Below the pieces are notes generated by a model. The model was not told the DNA's origin. It made no database searches and saw only the letters and a list, made by a program, of their open reading frames with translations. Shown here in pieces: positions 1 through 13,096 of a stretch of 64,000 nt of DNA (its first letter is position 1; the number at the start of each line of letters is the position of its first letter). The position numbers and the translations under genes were made by a program. This DNA comes from Hydrolagus colliei. Lineage: Eukaryota. The stretch is from NCBI GenBank assembly GCA_035084275.1, contig CM068755.1, forward strand, positions 8,556,001-8,620,000. Direction: 5' to 3'.

Positions 1-944
1 TAAGGCATTTTCATTTTAATGCAGAGTATCAAATCTAAAGGGAGAAATTCCACCTGGGTTTAGATTTACTTGTGGTAGCATTTCATTGGCCAGAATTTGT
101 CCAGAATTCATCGTCCAGAACTTGTCAAATTCGTAAATGCAGGCTGGTTTCTGTAAGCTCTTAACTGTAGATAACCGAGAAAGGTGAGACTGAATTCAGC
201 ATGTTGACGAATTCTAGAGGCTTTGAAATGCAATGTAAATAAAATAAGTCTGGACCCAGGTGGAAGTTCTCCCGGCAATGAGTTCCTGTGCTTGTTATCT
301 ATTTCTTGAGAGTGAGTGCTGTGATAACAAACTGTGTAGACTGGAGTCCACTATACTGTACACGTGCAAACATGAGCTAAGCCACCTCTGGACTGAGATT
401 TACCTGATGCAAACAGTCGCTGGTGCCCGCATTACATACACACACCAGAGGGTCACTCACCATCACATTCTCCCAGGAGAGCAATTGTCGGTGAGAACAA
501 TTCGCAAACTGTGTTTCACTTCACTCTGTCCATTCCTCTCAAACCCCCACCAGCTTCCGCACAAACTGAGTCTCTTTTTATTTGCTTAATAAAGCTTGTA
601 TTTCCCTTGATTCATGCGTCTATCGAATCAGCTGTGAGACAAACTCGACGTTGCTTTGCTAGTAAAAAATATCTGTCTCATTAACGCTGTCAGTGTTTCC
701 ATAGAACTGTTGAAACGTGATTGTGACACAGGATTGATTTTCAGTTCCGGGTGATGTGCTTCACATGAATCGAGGAACAGCAATTCAGAAGGACAGAGCA
801 GGGAAAGATTCCAGTTGTGCGATTTTCAGCATTTTTCTTACATTTACCCCGTTTCTTAATATGGTCGTGTTTTCTGTTTGCTGTTTTGTTGGCTTGTAGG
901 AAATAATCCTAACGTCGTCACCCAGTTTGTGCAGTTACGGTATA

Positions 945-1010
945 TTCTGTGAAGCGCTTTGAGACGTCCAGAAGATGTGAAAAGCGCTACATCAAATGCA
1001 AGGATTATTA
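945..1010 (+). mobile_element. SINE 3' tail fragment
   Basis: GAAGCGCTTTGAGACGTCCAGAAGATGTGAAAAGCGCTACATCAAATGCAAGGATTATT. Confidence 0.85.
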
Positions 1011-1510
1011 ATATTGTTACTGTTATTCAGCTGGTGTTTTGTGAGCTGTGAATCTGCCCAAATGTGGAAAAGTGAATGAGCAAATCAATCAGAGGGTAAC
1101 CCGTGGTTCAGTCGATGGGAGAGAATACAATGGGTGTAAACAGGTGATGGGTTGAGATGTTATACTGTACAATTAAATACTTCGCGGACTTCATAGAGAT
1201 ATCCCCTAGACCTGTATTCACTCACTAGCTCTTACTCGCCTCGATGCGGCGTTTTCTCTCGTGATTACAAGCCAGCTTTGTTTTTATATTTTCATTCATA
1301 AATTGGCAGTTACTGGTTATGTGACTAAAGTCCATTATAACTGAGCTCTCTAGTCACAAAGCTTCATAAAGGAGGGCAATGCTTTTTAAAAAAAACACAC
1401 ACACAAAATATATATACACAAGCTAATGTGCAACAATATTTCTGGTTCTGCAAATGACTAAAATACATCCTCTGTCCCAGCGGGGTATAAATTATAATAA
1501 TTTTTTTTAA

Positions 1511-1825
1511 ACTTGAATTTGATATAGCGCCTTTCACGCCCTCTAGACGTCTCAAAGCGCTTCATGGAATATACTGTATTTTTGACTGTATATTTGTGAG
1601 AGAAACGCGGCAGCCAACTGTGCACAGCAGTCACCCAATAACGTGGACTGAAATGATCAATTTGTTATTGGGTTTTTTCTTGAAGGTTTTTTCTTGAAGG
1701 TTTATTATCAGGCGTGTGTGTGGAGTAAGGAAACTTGCCCAGGATTTCACCCTGACCTGCCGGGAATCGAACCCAGGTCTCTCGCTTGCGAGGCGAATGC
1801 TCTAACCACTGAGCTACATGACTCC
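1511..1825 (-). mobile_element. Near full-length tRNA(Ala)-derived SINE with Deu-like core and L2-type 3' tail
   Basis: Reverse complement has an A box (TAGCTCAGTGG), anticodon arm with CGC, B box (GGTTCGATTCC), a CTGTGCACAGTTGGCTGCCGCG core and an AAGCGCTTTGAGACG..GGCGCTATATCAAAT tail. Confidence 0.9.
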
Positions 1826-4729
1826 CTCCACAAGACCTTCAGGAAATATAGTAGTGGCATAAATATATTCAGGACTCTTGCCCTCAACAGCTGATCCATC
1901 TATGTGAAAGAGCCTTGTTAAGAGGACTGCAACATTAATTATAGTTCTGAGTCTGAGCAGCATATTTTGTTGAATAAAAAATAGATGGATCTCAGAAATC
2001 AAAGGTTGGTGGGTGCTGTGGTGACGGCCATCACAATAAATCTTCACGCAAAAATAGCGTTTATCAAATCCTATATATAGATATATATATATACAGTATA
2101 TAGTTATTCGGGAATATATACATATAGAATATATATATAGGTATGTTTGTGCATATTGTAAACAGGTTTGAGGCATACACCGTCTGCTTGAATGTTTCTA
2201 TTCCATTCAAATCTGGAAATGATCAGGGACTGGCGGACAACACTGCAATAAATCTAGATAGATTCTCAATAAAAGGGGAATGTGCGGATACACACACGTG
2301 TATGTATGTGTATATATATATATATGTTACATGCCTAAGTATTATTATAAAATATATGTGTGATGCATTGAAGATACATTTCACAAAGGACGTGCATTAC
2401 ATGCCCACACCGAGTGCAATAGATGTATCAATGATGACTGCGGTATAATACATTTTATATTAACTATATATATACATATTATATACCCCTACCTGCACAA
2501 ACAAAAATATATCTCTGATCTGCAGACTTCACTGATTTATATCAACTGAGCTGCGTGTTGTAGCCTGGTCTTTACAACAACGCGCACTTGTATGAGCAAT
2601 GAGTTGGAGCATTTTGTAAGAGACGAAGCAAGGTGTCAGCGATGGGTGTAGAGTGGAGGTGTCTGAAGGCGCGGTGAAAGAGACGGGTTTGTTTGGAAGC
2701 AGACACGCCCAGCAAAGGTCCCAAGAGGATGACATTTCGGGGAAGAGGGAGGTGGGGGAGGGGAGGGGGGGCGGGGAGGTTCAGTGGCTGAAAACTCGCC
2801 ACGAAATGCGATGGAATGTCCATTTCTGGGTTGAATTGACTTGAGGCGGTCAAATGACTTCATCGCCGCTTTCACTTTCCAGTGGGAGGTCACACTGTCA
2901 CCCAGCCTCAACGTGCCTGAAACTCACTGCACAGGAAACAGAACAGAGTTTTAATTTCTTATGGATCTCAAGAGGATGAGGGTTGACTCCCCGTGTTAAA
3001 CACTGGTTGAGAGTGACACGCGCTCTCAGTAACTGATACCGCTTTTCATTGTGATGAACAGGGAAGCCACCAGATACAAACACTGTGATTCCTTAAACCC
3101 TGATACCGCAGCACTGACTGTCTAATGATATATTATCTTGGTCTGTTATCAGTAGTGCTCTGGATCTCTGTACTGGTGGCGATTTGAACTCCCTTTCCTT
3201 CATGATCGGATGGCATATTCTGTAACTATCGTTTACGTTAGTGACTGTATCTTGCTTACCTGCTCAGTGTTATAATAAGGACATTTATTCACTACTATGT
3301 TTTCGGCGTGTTTCTGTGTGTGTGTGTGTGTGTTTCCCCTATTCTCTCGCTCGTTTATTCTGCTTGTAGATTGCAAAGCATCTGAAAATAAAGTTGGGTT
3401 TCCGGTTTGGCAAAAGTCATTAATATAAAGACGAGTCGCCCACCCCCAGCGAGTATTTGTAGTTTTCGCCCCACAAAATACACAATCCACTTTACAGTGT
3501 ATTCTGTCAAGCGCATCAAGACATCGCAACGGTGTGATAAGGCTGCTATGGCAATTGTTATTATTTTAACAAATAATTACAAATAAATCTACTATGATGA
3601 ATAATGCATTATCTCCTCCCCCTCTCCTCCCCCCCCCCCCCAAACAGGTCAGAGAAACCGACCACTGGACCCCATGTTATTTATGAGCAGAGGCTTCTAA
3701 ATAACGTCTAACAGTCGAGCGAAACGCTGAGGTATGTGATCAGTATTGGATGGAGCCTGTCAGTAAACATGCGAGGCTAGTTAAACCTCTCCCTTCTCGT
3801 GGATCTGGTTAAGAATGACATTCATGTCCGCAGAAAAGTTAACAATGGGGCACACGGCTTTCACTGTAACCTGCCGAACACAGCCATCAAAACCCCACCC
3901 CAGAAAGACACCAGATGTTATAAATAACCATGGCCCGGCTTCAGGGGCAAGTTCACACCGATGTACTGCGGGTGTTATTTTTGTTATTAATACACAAGTT
4001 CTCTGTTCAGCACAAACTGCGCACACGATGTCCCGGCAAAACGTCGAGAAATGCCAATAAATCAAACGGGAAGTGTTGTTGTGTTTGATGTGTTTTAAGT
4101 TCGAAAGACCTTCTCCCAGACGACCATCAGGGCAGACGTGGTTTGCCGGCTGGGGTGGGGGTTGCGACTGTTAAAGAGTTCAGTGCAGTCAATTGGGGGC
4201 ATGTTTAACAACAAAATACAGTTGCACAAGTATCTGCAGAGGGCGGGTGTTAGACAGACCAGAGAAAGAGCAATGATTGGGTTTAGCCGGACTGGCTTCT
4301 CAGAGGAGCAAACATTAACAGGGAACATAGTCACAATGGCCTCCCGCTGTGCAATGTATGGTTCTATGTGTTTTAGTACTTGTCCTGCCAGCGGGCTCAG
4401 CGAGGGCTATTTTCCTTTGCTCGTTATCAATCCCAGTTCTCTCTCTCTCTTTCTCTTACACACACACACCAGTTCACTCCACGCCGGCCGCTGAGCTCTG
4501 GAGTATTGGTGTAGGCACTGACCATTGGATTGGAAAAGCGCATAGAAAATCAATATCAATGAGACAGACACAATACGTTTTGGATCAAAACGGAAAAAAA
4601 AAAAGAGAACTGTTTTCCGGACGCAGCAAATGTAGTTTTGTAATTCGTCACCGCTTTGCAAAGTCCCAGTCTGCAGGAGATATAACAATAATATCTGTCC
4701 CAGGGGTATCTGTCCCAGGGGTATAAATG

Positions 4730-5070
4730 ATAATAATAAATAATAATCCTTGCATTTGATACAACGCTTTTCACGTCTTCTAGTCGTCTCAAAGCGCTTC
4801 ACAGAATATCATGAAAAGTGTAAAGTGAGGCTTCTCCAAAATGTTTTACTGGGATATGCAGTACTGTGTTTTAGTGGGTGAAACGCGCACAGCAGTGTCC
4901 CACAAACAGTCATGGGTTAAAGTGACCGATTTTATTTTGAGGGATTATTATCAGGCGTGTGGAGTAAGGAAATTTGCCCAAGGTTTCCCACTGACCTGCC
5001 TCGAATTGAACCCAGGTCTCTCGCTTGGAAGGCGACTGCTCTGCTCTAACCACCGAGCTACAGGAACTCC
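4730..5070 (-). mobile_element. Near full-length copy of the same SINE family
   Basis: Colinear with 1511-1825, including the tRNA head and a (TTA)n tail. Confidence 0.9.
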
Positions 5071-6454
5071 ACAAATTAGATTTGAAGTCTAAAGGTGTAT
5101 CGTTTATTATATTTATATTATATATTATATTATTTATATCGAGCATTAGTGGCTCAGGTGTCTATTCCCCCCCCCCCCCCCCCCCCCACCATCTCTCTCT
5201 CTCTCCCTCCCCACCTCCCCCCCCCCCCCCCCCGCCCCCCCCCCCACCTCCCCCTCTCTCATGTGTTTGCTTCGAATCCCTTATCCGATCTTGGGAAACA
5301 AATTGCTGAAGTGTAAGCCCCGGTGTCAGTCAGGCTGGAGTTGTGACAGGCTGACCCGGGGCGGTTCATGTCTGGCGGCCCATCGCTCCCAGTTTCCCAG
5401 CGGTCAACATCGCCAGGATGGCCCGGCCCTAAAAGGGGAACGGATTTGCAGATCTGAAAAGCAAAATAAACTGGGACACGCTCGGCTGCCTCCAAGGGAG
5501 ACCCATTCTGTTTAACAGACGGTGTTTTGTTGTGGTTTGGATTCAGTGTATCGTTTGCAGGTGATGCCAGAAAGAGATAAGAAGCGCCAATTGGTTCACT
5601 GTGTCTAGACTTTTTAGACTTTTAACAAGTGAAACTCGCCAGCCGAATGGAATCATAAGTTCATATATATATATATATATGTGTGTTCGCAGAACACTCG
5701 TACACACACTCACTCGTAATATCTGAAATATGCACACACACACACACATGCTCGTTCGTACATTTTTACATATGCCTATACTTATATAATCATATACATA
5801 TATAATAGTCTCACATATATAGATAGACACAAAGGCATATGAATTAATACACATATACTCGTGTACATACGCACAAAAGTCATCCACACATGATAGCCAC
5901 ACACACACAGACACAGACAGACTTTCATACAGAACCACCAAGATCCCACATTTTTAATGAAACTGTCTCTTACTTTTCCAACCTTCAATAAATGTATTTG
6001 CATTGCTTTGTTTAGTTAACTTTTAATTAGTTAGGTACATAATATGTTCCTCAACATGACAATACTTGACAAGTTTTAGAACTTTATTTTCCCCCATCGT
6101 TTAGTAACCATCTCTTTTTACGGAGTCTGGCGGAAGTTTTATGTGGATGGAGGGGTGGGGTGGGGGGGGGCGTGGAGAGGTGGTGGGGGTTGGGAAGTGG
6201 GGCGGGGGGTATGGGGAGGGGGGGTGGTGAGCAGCTAGAATTTAAAGTTTTGACTCATAATCTGGCGCTGTTAGGCCGACCAAGGTTCTGTTATCTCTCC
6301 TCCAAATGCTTTGAACTCCCCATCCCGCCCGCCCACCCCCATTGAAAAGCTCTTTAAATTCAGAGAAATACATCTAGACCTGGAATAAGTAGTTAACCAG
6401 AAACCTTGGGAGTTTGGCTAATAGTATCCATAGGCACAACACACTAACAGAGAA

Positions 6455-6645
6455 GGGGGTTTCTGCCTCCCCGGCATCCTGGCCAACAATTCCCCACATA
6501 AATTGGGTCCTTCACTTCATGGCTGTTTATGGGACATTGCTGTGTAGCAATTGGCTGCCGCATTTCACCCACTAAAACACAGTTACTACAGTACTGTACA
6601 TCCCCGTAAAACATTTTGGAATATCCTCCCAGCGTGAAAGGCGCA
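6455..6645 (+). mobile_element. Old, degenerate Deu-domain SINE
   Basis: CATCCTGGCCAACAATTCC..GGGACATTGCTGTGTAGCAATTGGCTGCCGCATTTC..CGTGAAAGGCGC. Confidence 0.75.
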
Positions 6646-7793
6646 ATTATCCAAAGTAATGATTTTTAAACATTATAAACTCTTCGGGAAAGGAACATTT
6701 TTGGAGCGTTGGGGGAAAATACATACGTATCTTAATTCTGACCATTGCTTCCTGCCCGAATTTAAAAAAACCAGAATTGATTAACAACCAGAAACCAAAG
6801 AGGCAGCCGCTTTATATCAGACATCAAAATCTGTCAAATCTTTAATTTTAGCACTTTGCCAGGATCCATCGTTTTACCAGTTATTGTGGGAGGAAGATCA
6901 ATAAAAGACGTAATTTATGCTCTAACTAATGAATGATTTAATGCAATGCATTTAAATTTATATTTTGGTTCTTTTTCTCATATTTTATCACCAAATGATT
7001 TTTACCCCCCCCCCCCCCACACACACACACACACCAGCACCATCAGTGTTTTAAAAAAGGTTTAAATATAACATCAAATTGGCTGTCATGTTGCAGGAGT
7101 ACTGGACCGTGGCTCTGTATCCAAATGACATAATAATAGACGCTGCCCGTGTTAACTTCACCTCGTTCCCACAGATAGTGCAAGCAGCCTTGCAACCCTC
7201 AACCCATCACTCAACAGAGGTCAGGCAAATGCACTAGGGAAATACAGGCCTGTCTTGCCAGTAACGTATTTCGGTTTTACATGTTTATTTGTCGCATTTT
7301 ACTGCTATATATTGAGAAACATGTTTGCGAAAAGCTGGGTGTTTCCCCCGTTTATTAAAAGTCCCCCTCAATTCAGAGAATTATATCTGTACAGAGTGAG
7401 TAGTTAAACAGAGATGGGTTGGTGTGTGCGCGCGGGATCACAAGCTTGAGTGCTGTATTTCGGTGGATTTCAGCCCAGAACTGTTATCCATAAATTTGCA
7501 CGATTACAGACAGTGTACATTTCAAATTTCGAAATATTTTTCATCCCCCCACCCCCCCACCAGAGTTTACATGTTATCGTCGATTCCATTTTTTTAAAAA
7601 AAGAAACGGATGGTTATTTTCAGATGTATTTAGAACCCGTTGAGAATTGATTGGGCCATTTTCTGACACTTTATTCTATGTGGAGGAACCCAGACCACGG
7701 TGGTCAACTCGGCTAAGTTACTTACCACAACAATAAAGCTGGAGAAATTGAGTAACTTTCTCAATTAGGAATGAATGACAGTGATTTGTCTAT

Positions 7794-7832
7794 GGGGGGG
7801 GGGGGGGGGGGGGGGGGGGTGGGTGGGGGGGG
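7794..7832. repeat. Poly-G tract (one of many poly-G/C runs in 3.6-25.5 kb)
   Basis: Read directly. Similar runs near 3630, 5167, 8937, 10380, 15249, 18544, 24453 and 25420. Confidence 0.95.
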
Positions 7833-9469
7833 TAATAACCTTAAAGCAGAGAGAACTGAGATTTGAATTGATAATTTCTTTAACTTAGTTTCTTTCTTCT
7901 TTTGAAGTTAAATTTCGCTTTCCTGCTATTTAACTATCACTATGAATCCATTAGACACCCGCCAACTGGACATGGAATCTGGTCTTTGTGAACTTGGGAT
8001 ACGTTACACACGATTTTAAAAGTCAATGTCATTTAAATTCTTCCACCGTGTCTGCAAGGAGAAATTGTTATTTTTAAATGTTTTGTTCTTGTTCGGTATC
8101 CTAAAATGATGTTATTTTATTACGCACACATTTCTTACTATTTAAGAAATACTAGCTGTGAATTGTATTTTTAAAACGGTGTATTATATAATATGTTGTA
8201 TTTAATGTTTATATCCAGTGGTTTAATTTAAGCAACAATTTAAAATATTTTGACAGACTAAATGCTAAAGTTCATCTCCATTACGTTCTGAGGACTGCAG
8301 ACTGACCAGAACACAAGCAGTTGATTCGTGGATTGATCATTAAAATAATAATTGATCGCAAAATAATTTTAAAAATTTAAATAATTAAAAATTCCACCTT
8401 TATTTAAAGAGTCATTTCAACTGCAGATAAATTGCATTATTACAATCATATCTTGCATGGTTCTGGGGGTGAAAACTGCATCAAATATGATACCGGTTTT
8501 TGAATGTCCCATATCCATATGTCTACGTGAGCTCTGTGTCATTTTAAGTTTTCACTAGCATTTTAAATGAATGTGAGAATTTGAATTAACTTAATGTCCA
8601 TCCGGCCTTAATTCTCACCCAATGCAAATATCCCATTCTGTCACGTTAGGGAAATTTCGATCCAAAGCGACCAACAATTCATTGGGAACCCACATGGTTA
8701 CGCATCCCAAACACAATGTATCTCACAATGAGTGGTGGTAATAATATACAGATATATATATTAAAAATATCGACAATCGAACTCCACTCAAAATATTTCA
8801 ACAGAATGAAAAAAATAAATATGTGTCTATAAATATATAATATACACTTCAAAGTACGAATCACACATATGTGCATTACTGTGATTGATATTCTCTTACG
8901 GGTTTTGTATTTTGATTTTTTTTTGCTAGTTTTATTCCCCCCCCCCCCCCCCCCCCCACCCCGGATCAGGAATCCGACTATAGTAATTGCCATGTGCACT
9001 TGGGAGTATAGAGACAACACGTGCAGCTGAGAGGCTGTGCTCTCACTATCACACTGACCCGGGCCAGGCTATTACTCATATCCATGCCCCCCATCCCTAT
9101 CGGCAATATATTACTATATAATCATACACTGTACACAAAAAAAAACGCCTGTACTAACTAGACATTGACAAGTACGTTATTTCAGATGCCTTCCTTCTCT
9201 CTGGCCCCTTGTTGTGACTACATCCCAATACGGCCTGAATTGTTGGGGGCTTTTCAGAATTATTTAGTACACTATTACCCCTGCACTCTACACGGGTTTG
9301 AAAAGTCTACCATGTTTGCGCCTATTATTGAGGATTGTAATTCTTGCTCAGATTTAACCTTAGACCTAATACCCCAAACGACCCAACAAAACAAAAAGTG
9401 TGTGGCGGGTATAAAGGAGAAACACTTTTGAGCGTTGAGAAAGACATGGATTTCTCTAACGCTTTCTCG

Positions 9470-11021
9470 CGATGCGTTTATTAATCCGTGAAACACGATA
9501 GCCTGGATGCAAACGAGTTGTTTTAAAAGCTGCCCGTCGCTTTTAACCACTTACCACAACAAACCAAAGCCATAGGAATCAGATTCTAGCGGGAGAGTGA
9601 CTTTTGGCTGCCTTCAATACAATCCCTAAATTATCAATTAAAGTTGTTATTTTTATCTCCCTTTCCCCCCGGGACTTTTTAAACGGACTTGTCACAACTC
9701 ACAACAAAATATCATTGAAATCTGTAGTCGGTGACTTAATCTCCCTACATTATCTGCTGTTTACAGTGTAAAGTATTTCCAGTACGTTTGTTACTAAACG
9801 TGCACTAAACTAACAGGGGAGTCGAGCAAGTGGAATTGACGTACTGATCCCTTGCATATCTCGCGGCTTTCAGGGGGCATTTGGACTGTTTTTAAACTAA
9901 GTGTTGATCACAGTGTTTTCAGACCAGTCTCAACCCACAAACACATCAATAATTCACATTCTGTTGCTCTTTTAGTATTTCAGACACGACGCTTAACTTC
10001 ATCGAATTTCAGAATTCATACGCTTTCTTTTTCTTTATTTTAAGATCAAATATCCAGTCCCAGTATCAACTGTGGCCATTCACAATAAATAACAATAACT
10101 TACTTTGTTGTCTTGGAGGTTCACACACACAGTTGGTCCTCCGAAGGTACATACATATTTTACAATGGGCTTTTAAAAGCTTCGGTACTTGTAAACAATT
10201 TTTTCCCCCGGTGATTTCATGCCGATTTCAAGAAAAAGGTGGATAGATGCTTGTCTCTTTCGCTCTAGACAGTGAGTGGGAAATGGGAAATGAAACTCAC
10301 ATCTTGAAGGGGGGTTAGGGAGGGGTGGTGTTGGGGGGGGAGTGGGGGAGGGAGGGAGGGGGGGAGAGTGGGGGAGAGGGGGGGGGGGGGGGTGGGGTGA
10401 GAAAGGGCGAACTGGTAATGTAAAAACCATGACCCAATATCATTCACACCCTCTGGTGTTCTGAGATACAACGATTCCAGCCAACTTTAGGAACAGTTTT
10501 GTATAGTTCTGTACATTTGTTTTTTTTTGGTTGCTTTTTTTTGAGAGAAAAAAACTTTTTTTCGCTTCCTCGCGATTAAGTCAGTAACTTGAATTCACTA
10601 AGGGTTGTTGTTCTTGTGTTTTTGTTGTTGCTGTTTTGTTGTTGCCGTTGTCGTTCTGGTTGCCAGTCCAAGTTTCTTTTCTTCTTAATGCTTATTTTGG
10701 CGATGCAAAGTTATACAGTACGTAGATTTCGTATAAGTCCTCCGGTGGCAGTAATTTGTGTTTCTTTTAACAAAAAAAATCCATGTGCATTTTTTTTTTT
10801 GGCAGTCACTGCGAGTCCGTTTATTACATATAATATATATATACTATATGTAGGTATAAAATGCAAGTAGCGAGGAGAGAGGCTTGTCGTTTGGAGCTGG
10901 GTTTTGATCATGCGGGTTGGGAACATGCTGTAGACCCGGGTTGGGTTCCTGGAGGGAGGGTAGGGGTTGATGGGGGGGGGGGAGGGTGTTGGTGGGAGGG
11001 TGAGCTCTGGCCGCTTTGCAC
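9470..11021 (-). other. ISL2: Probable ISL2 3' UTR (end uncertain)
   Basis: Follows the stop codon. Candidate minus-strand AATAAA at 10034-10039 and about 9477-9482. Confidence 0.55.
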
Positions 11022-11138
11022 TCACGTCTCCACTGGACTGGGCACCATACTGTTCGGGGTATCAGGTAACTGTGACGAGAGGGAGGTCACATCACTTCCA
11101 GAGGAGTTGGGCAGCGAGCTCGATTCCGAGAAAGTTAC
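11022..11138 (-). CDS. ISL2: ISL2 last coding exon (exon 6)
   Basis: Not in the ORF track. Manual translation after ctctgCAG gives [41 protein letters not shown], the ISL2-type C-terminus. Confidence 0.96.
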   Translation of the reverse strand, partial: VTFSESSSLPNSSGSDVTSLSSQLPDTPNSMVPSPVET

Positions 11139-12000
11139 CTGCAGAGCCAAACGAGTCCCTGCGTTATAAATTTAACCATAGCTTGTAAATCATAACACAT
11201 GTGGCGCAGTAAACCCTCATTTATTCATAGGTATTTTACAAGGGGAGGGGGGGGAGGGCATGAAGTACTGAGGCAGAGTTAAAATAAGGTGTTAACAGAC
11301 TGATTTCATTTGTAAAACTGGTACCTTTCAGTTAAAATTAATTAAGGTACCCGCCGGACATTGGCATCTAACCGTATAAAGTAAGGCCAACCCGCATGAT
11401 CAAAAACGTGTCTTTGAAAATAAACGTTTGTTACATGTCTTTGTATGTTCAATATATGCACAAACAGATTAAAGAAATAAGTTAGCTCACAGTGAAGTTA
11501 AAACAAATACTTAGAGTTTATAGGAGACCACATTTGAAATGATAGATCGTGGTGACATATTATTTTATACTGACAATCCCACATAATTACTAATATTTCC
11601 CGCACAGTTACATATTATAAGCTATATACAGTATTATGTTTATCTACTAATACACTTGTTAAAATTTCAGACAGGAGTAAAACTTTCAGTCTATCTACAC
11701 TGCACTTCTAATCTCCCCCAGAAGCAGAGTCCTGCCTTACTTGTCATTTAATTTATCATCTTTTACATCGCGCAAGTATTTGGAAGTGTCAACACATTAA
11801 TAACGAAAAACCACACGAGGCTTCAGATGGTTTGTGTGTGCGTTTATTCCATAACAGGGTAATGAGAGTTGGAGTTGGATTTGAGGGTTGGTGGGTGTGG
11901 GGGAAAATAAAGGGGAAAATAAGGTGACTGAACTTAGGACATAACCTAATCAGTGTTTGTGTCAATTTGTCCGGCCACCCACCCCTCACCCCCCATATAC

Positions 12001-12032
<32 letters not shown>

Positions 12033-12336
12033 TTTCCATAATAAATATGACCACTGGCGTCAAAGGGTTAACAGCCCATAGTGAGAATGCTTCACAGCTG
12101 CTGCCGGGGTGTTGCTTTGGGGCCGCTGTGAAGCGATGTGTTGATGGGTACTTGACATCGTGTTCGGGGCCACTAATACCACTACACGAGCGTGTCTAAT
12201 AAAGTACAACAGCATCATGTAAACCAGGGGCAGTGAGCGCCTCGATGCCCAAGTGTCCTGACAATATGTGGGCACCACTAATCTGTGCGGATGATACAGT
12301 CTCTTGTGTTGTTGCCTGACTGCGTGTTGACTGTCA

Positions 12337-12368
<32 letters not shown>

Positions 12369-12815
12369 GCCTATGACCTTATGATGTAAATCAGCTCCAA
12401 GCTTTCTAAAATATTGAGGGTCTTGGGGACTACAAAACATGTGAGAAGTGACATTTCGTCCAGTGGGCACCATTACAAGGCACGTTAGATATGTCCCTTG
12501 GCTTCCTATGTGCTGCCGATTGTGTTACTATAGGGGTAACGGGGGCCAAAAATACTCATGGTTTCTACGGGGATCAGAGACAACGCAGATACACTAGACT
12601 TTCCGGGAAAGAGGTACTGTGGTTTAGAATCAGGAGCAGGTTTATTTTCTACCGAAAGGAAAATATAAAACAACCAGGGGGGAAAACAAGTCTCAAAGGA
12701 AGTTAGCTGATAATGTCAGGGATGAAAGGTCATTAGAACAAGGGAATGATGAGAAGGAATGTATGAGAAGGAATTAATTCTACCGGGAACTATATGTATG
12801 AGGTGGGTGGTGGGA

Positions 12816-13015
12816 NNNNNNNNNNNNNNNNNNNNNNNNNNNNNNNNNNNNNNNNNNNNNNNNNNNNNNNNNNNNNNNNNNNNNNNNNNNNNNNNNNNNN
12901 NNNNNNNNNNNNNNNNNNNNNNNNNNNNNNNNNNNNNNNNNNNNNNNNNNNNNNNNNNNNNNNNNNNNNNNNNNNNNNNNNNNNNNNNNNNNNNNNNNNN
13001 NNNNNNNNNNNNNNN
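12816..13015. other. Assembly gap (200 N), probable location of ISL2 exon 5 (Lhx3-binding region)
   Basis: No exon-5 sequence (..QPPWKALSEFAL..) found in called bases between exons 4 and 6. This is the only gap in that interval. Confidence 0.6.
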
Positions 13016-13096
13016 TAGTATTTTCTGTGAAGCGCTTTGAGACGTCTCGGAGACGTGAAAAGCGACATATCAAATGCAAGGATTATTATTATTATC
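13016..13096 (+). mobile_element. SINE 3' tail abutting the gap
   Basis: Same tail motif with (ATT)n. Confidence 0.85.

Noticed and set aside
1750-1825. tRNA-Ala(CGC)-like sequence on the minus strand (also about 4995-5070)
   Set aside because: It is the head of a SINE, continuous with the core and tail, and has no proper acceptor stem. It is not a tRNA gene.
5025-5316. Poly-proline/poly-glycine ORFs (also 10173-10471, 18187-18520, 28512-28961)
   Set aside because: Translations of poly-C/G and purine tracts with no coding signature. Only the MSRIFFRHRAAA part of 28512-28961 is a real exon.
1-9400. Expected SCAPER terminal exon (tail-to-tail with ISL2), e.g. IFLKKE in ORF 7450-7650
   Set aside because: No convincing SCAPER peptide or acceptor was found. 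The match arises from a T/A run.
10861-11169. Plus-strand 102-aa ORF containing EVTSL
   Set aside because: Antisense shadow of ISL2 exon 6.
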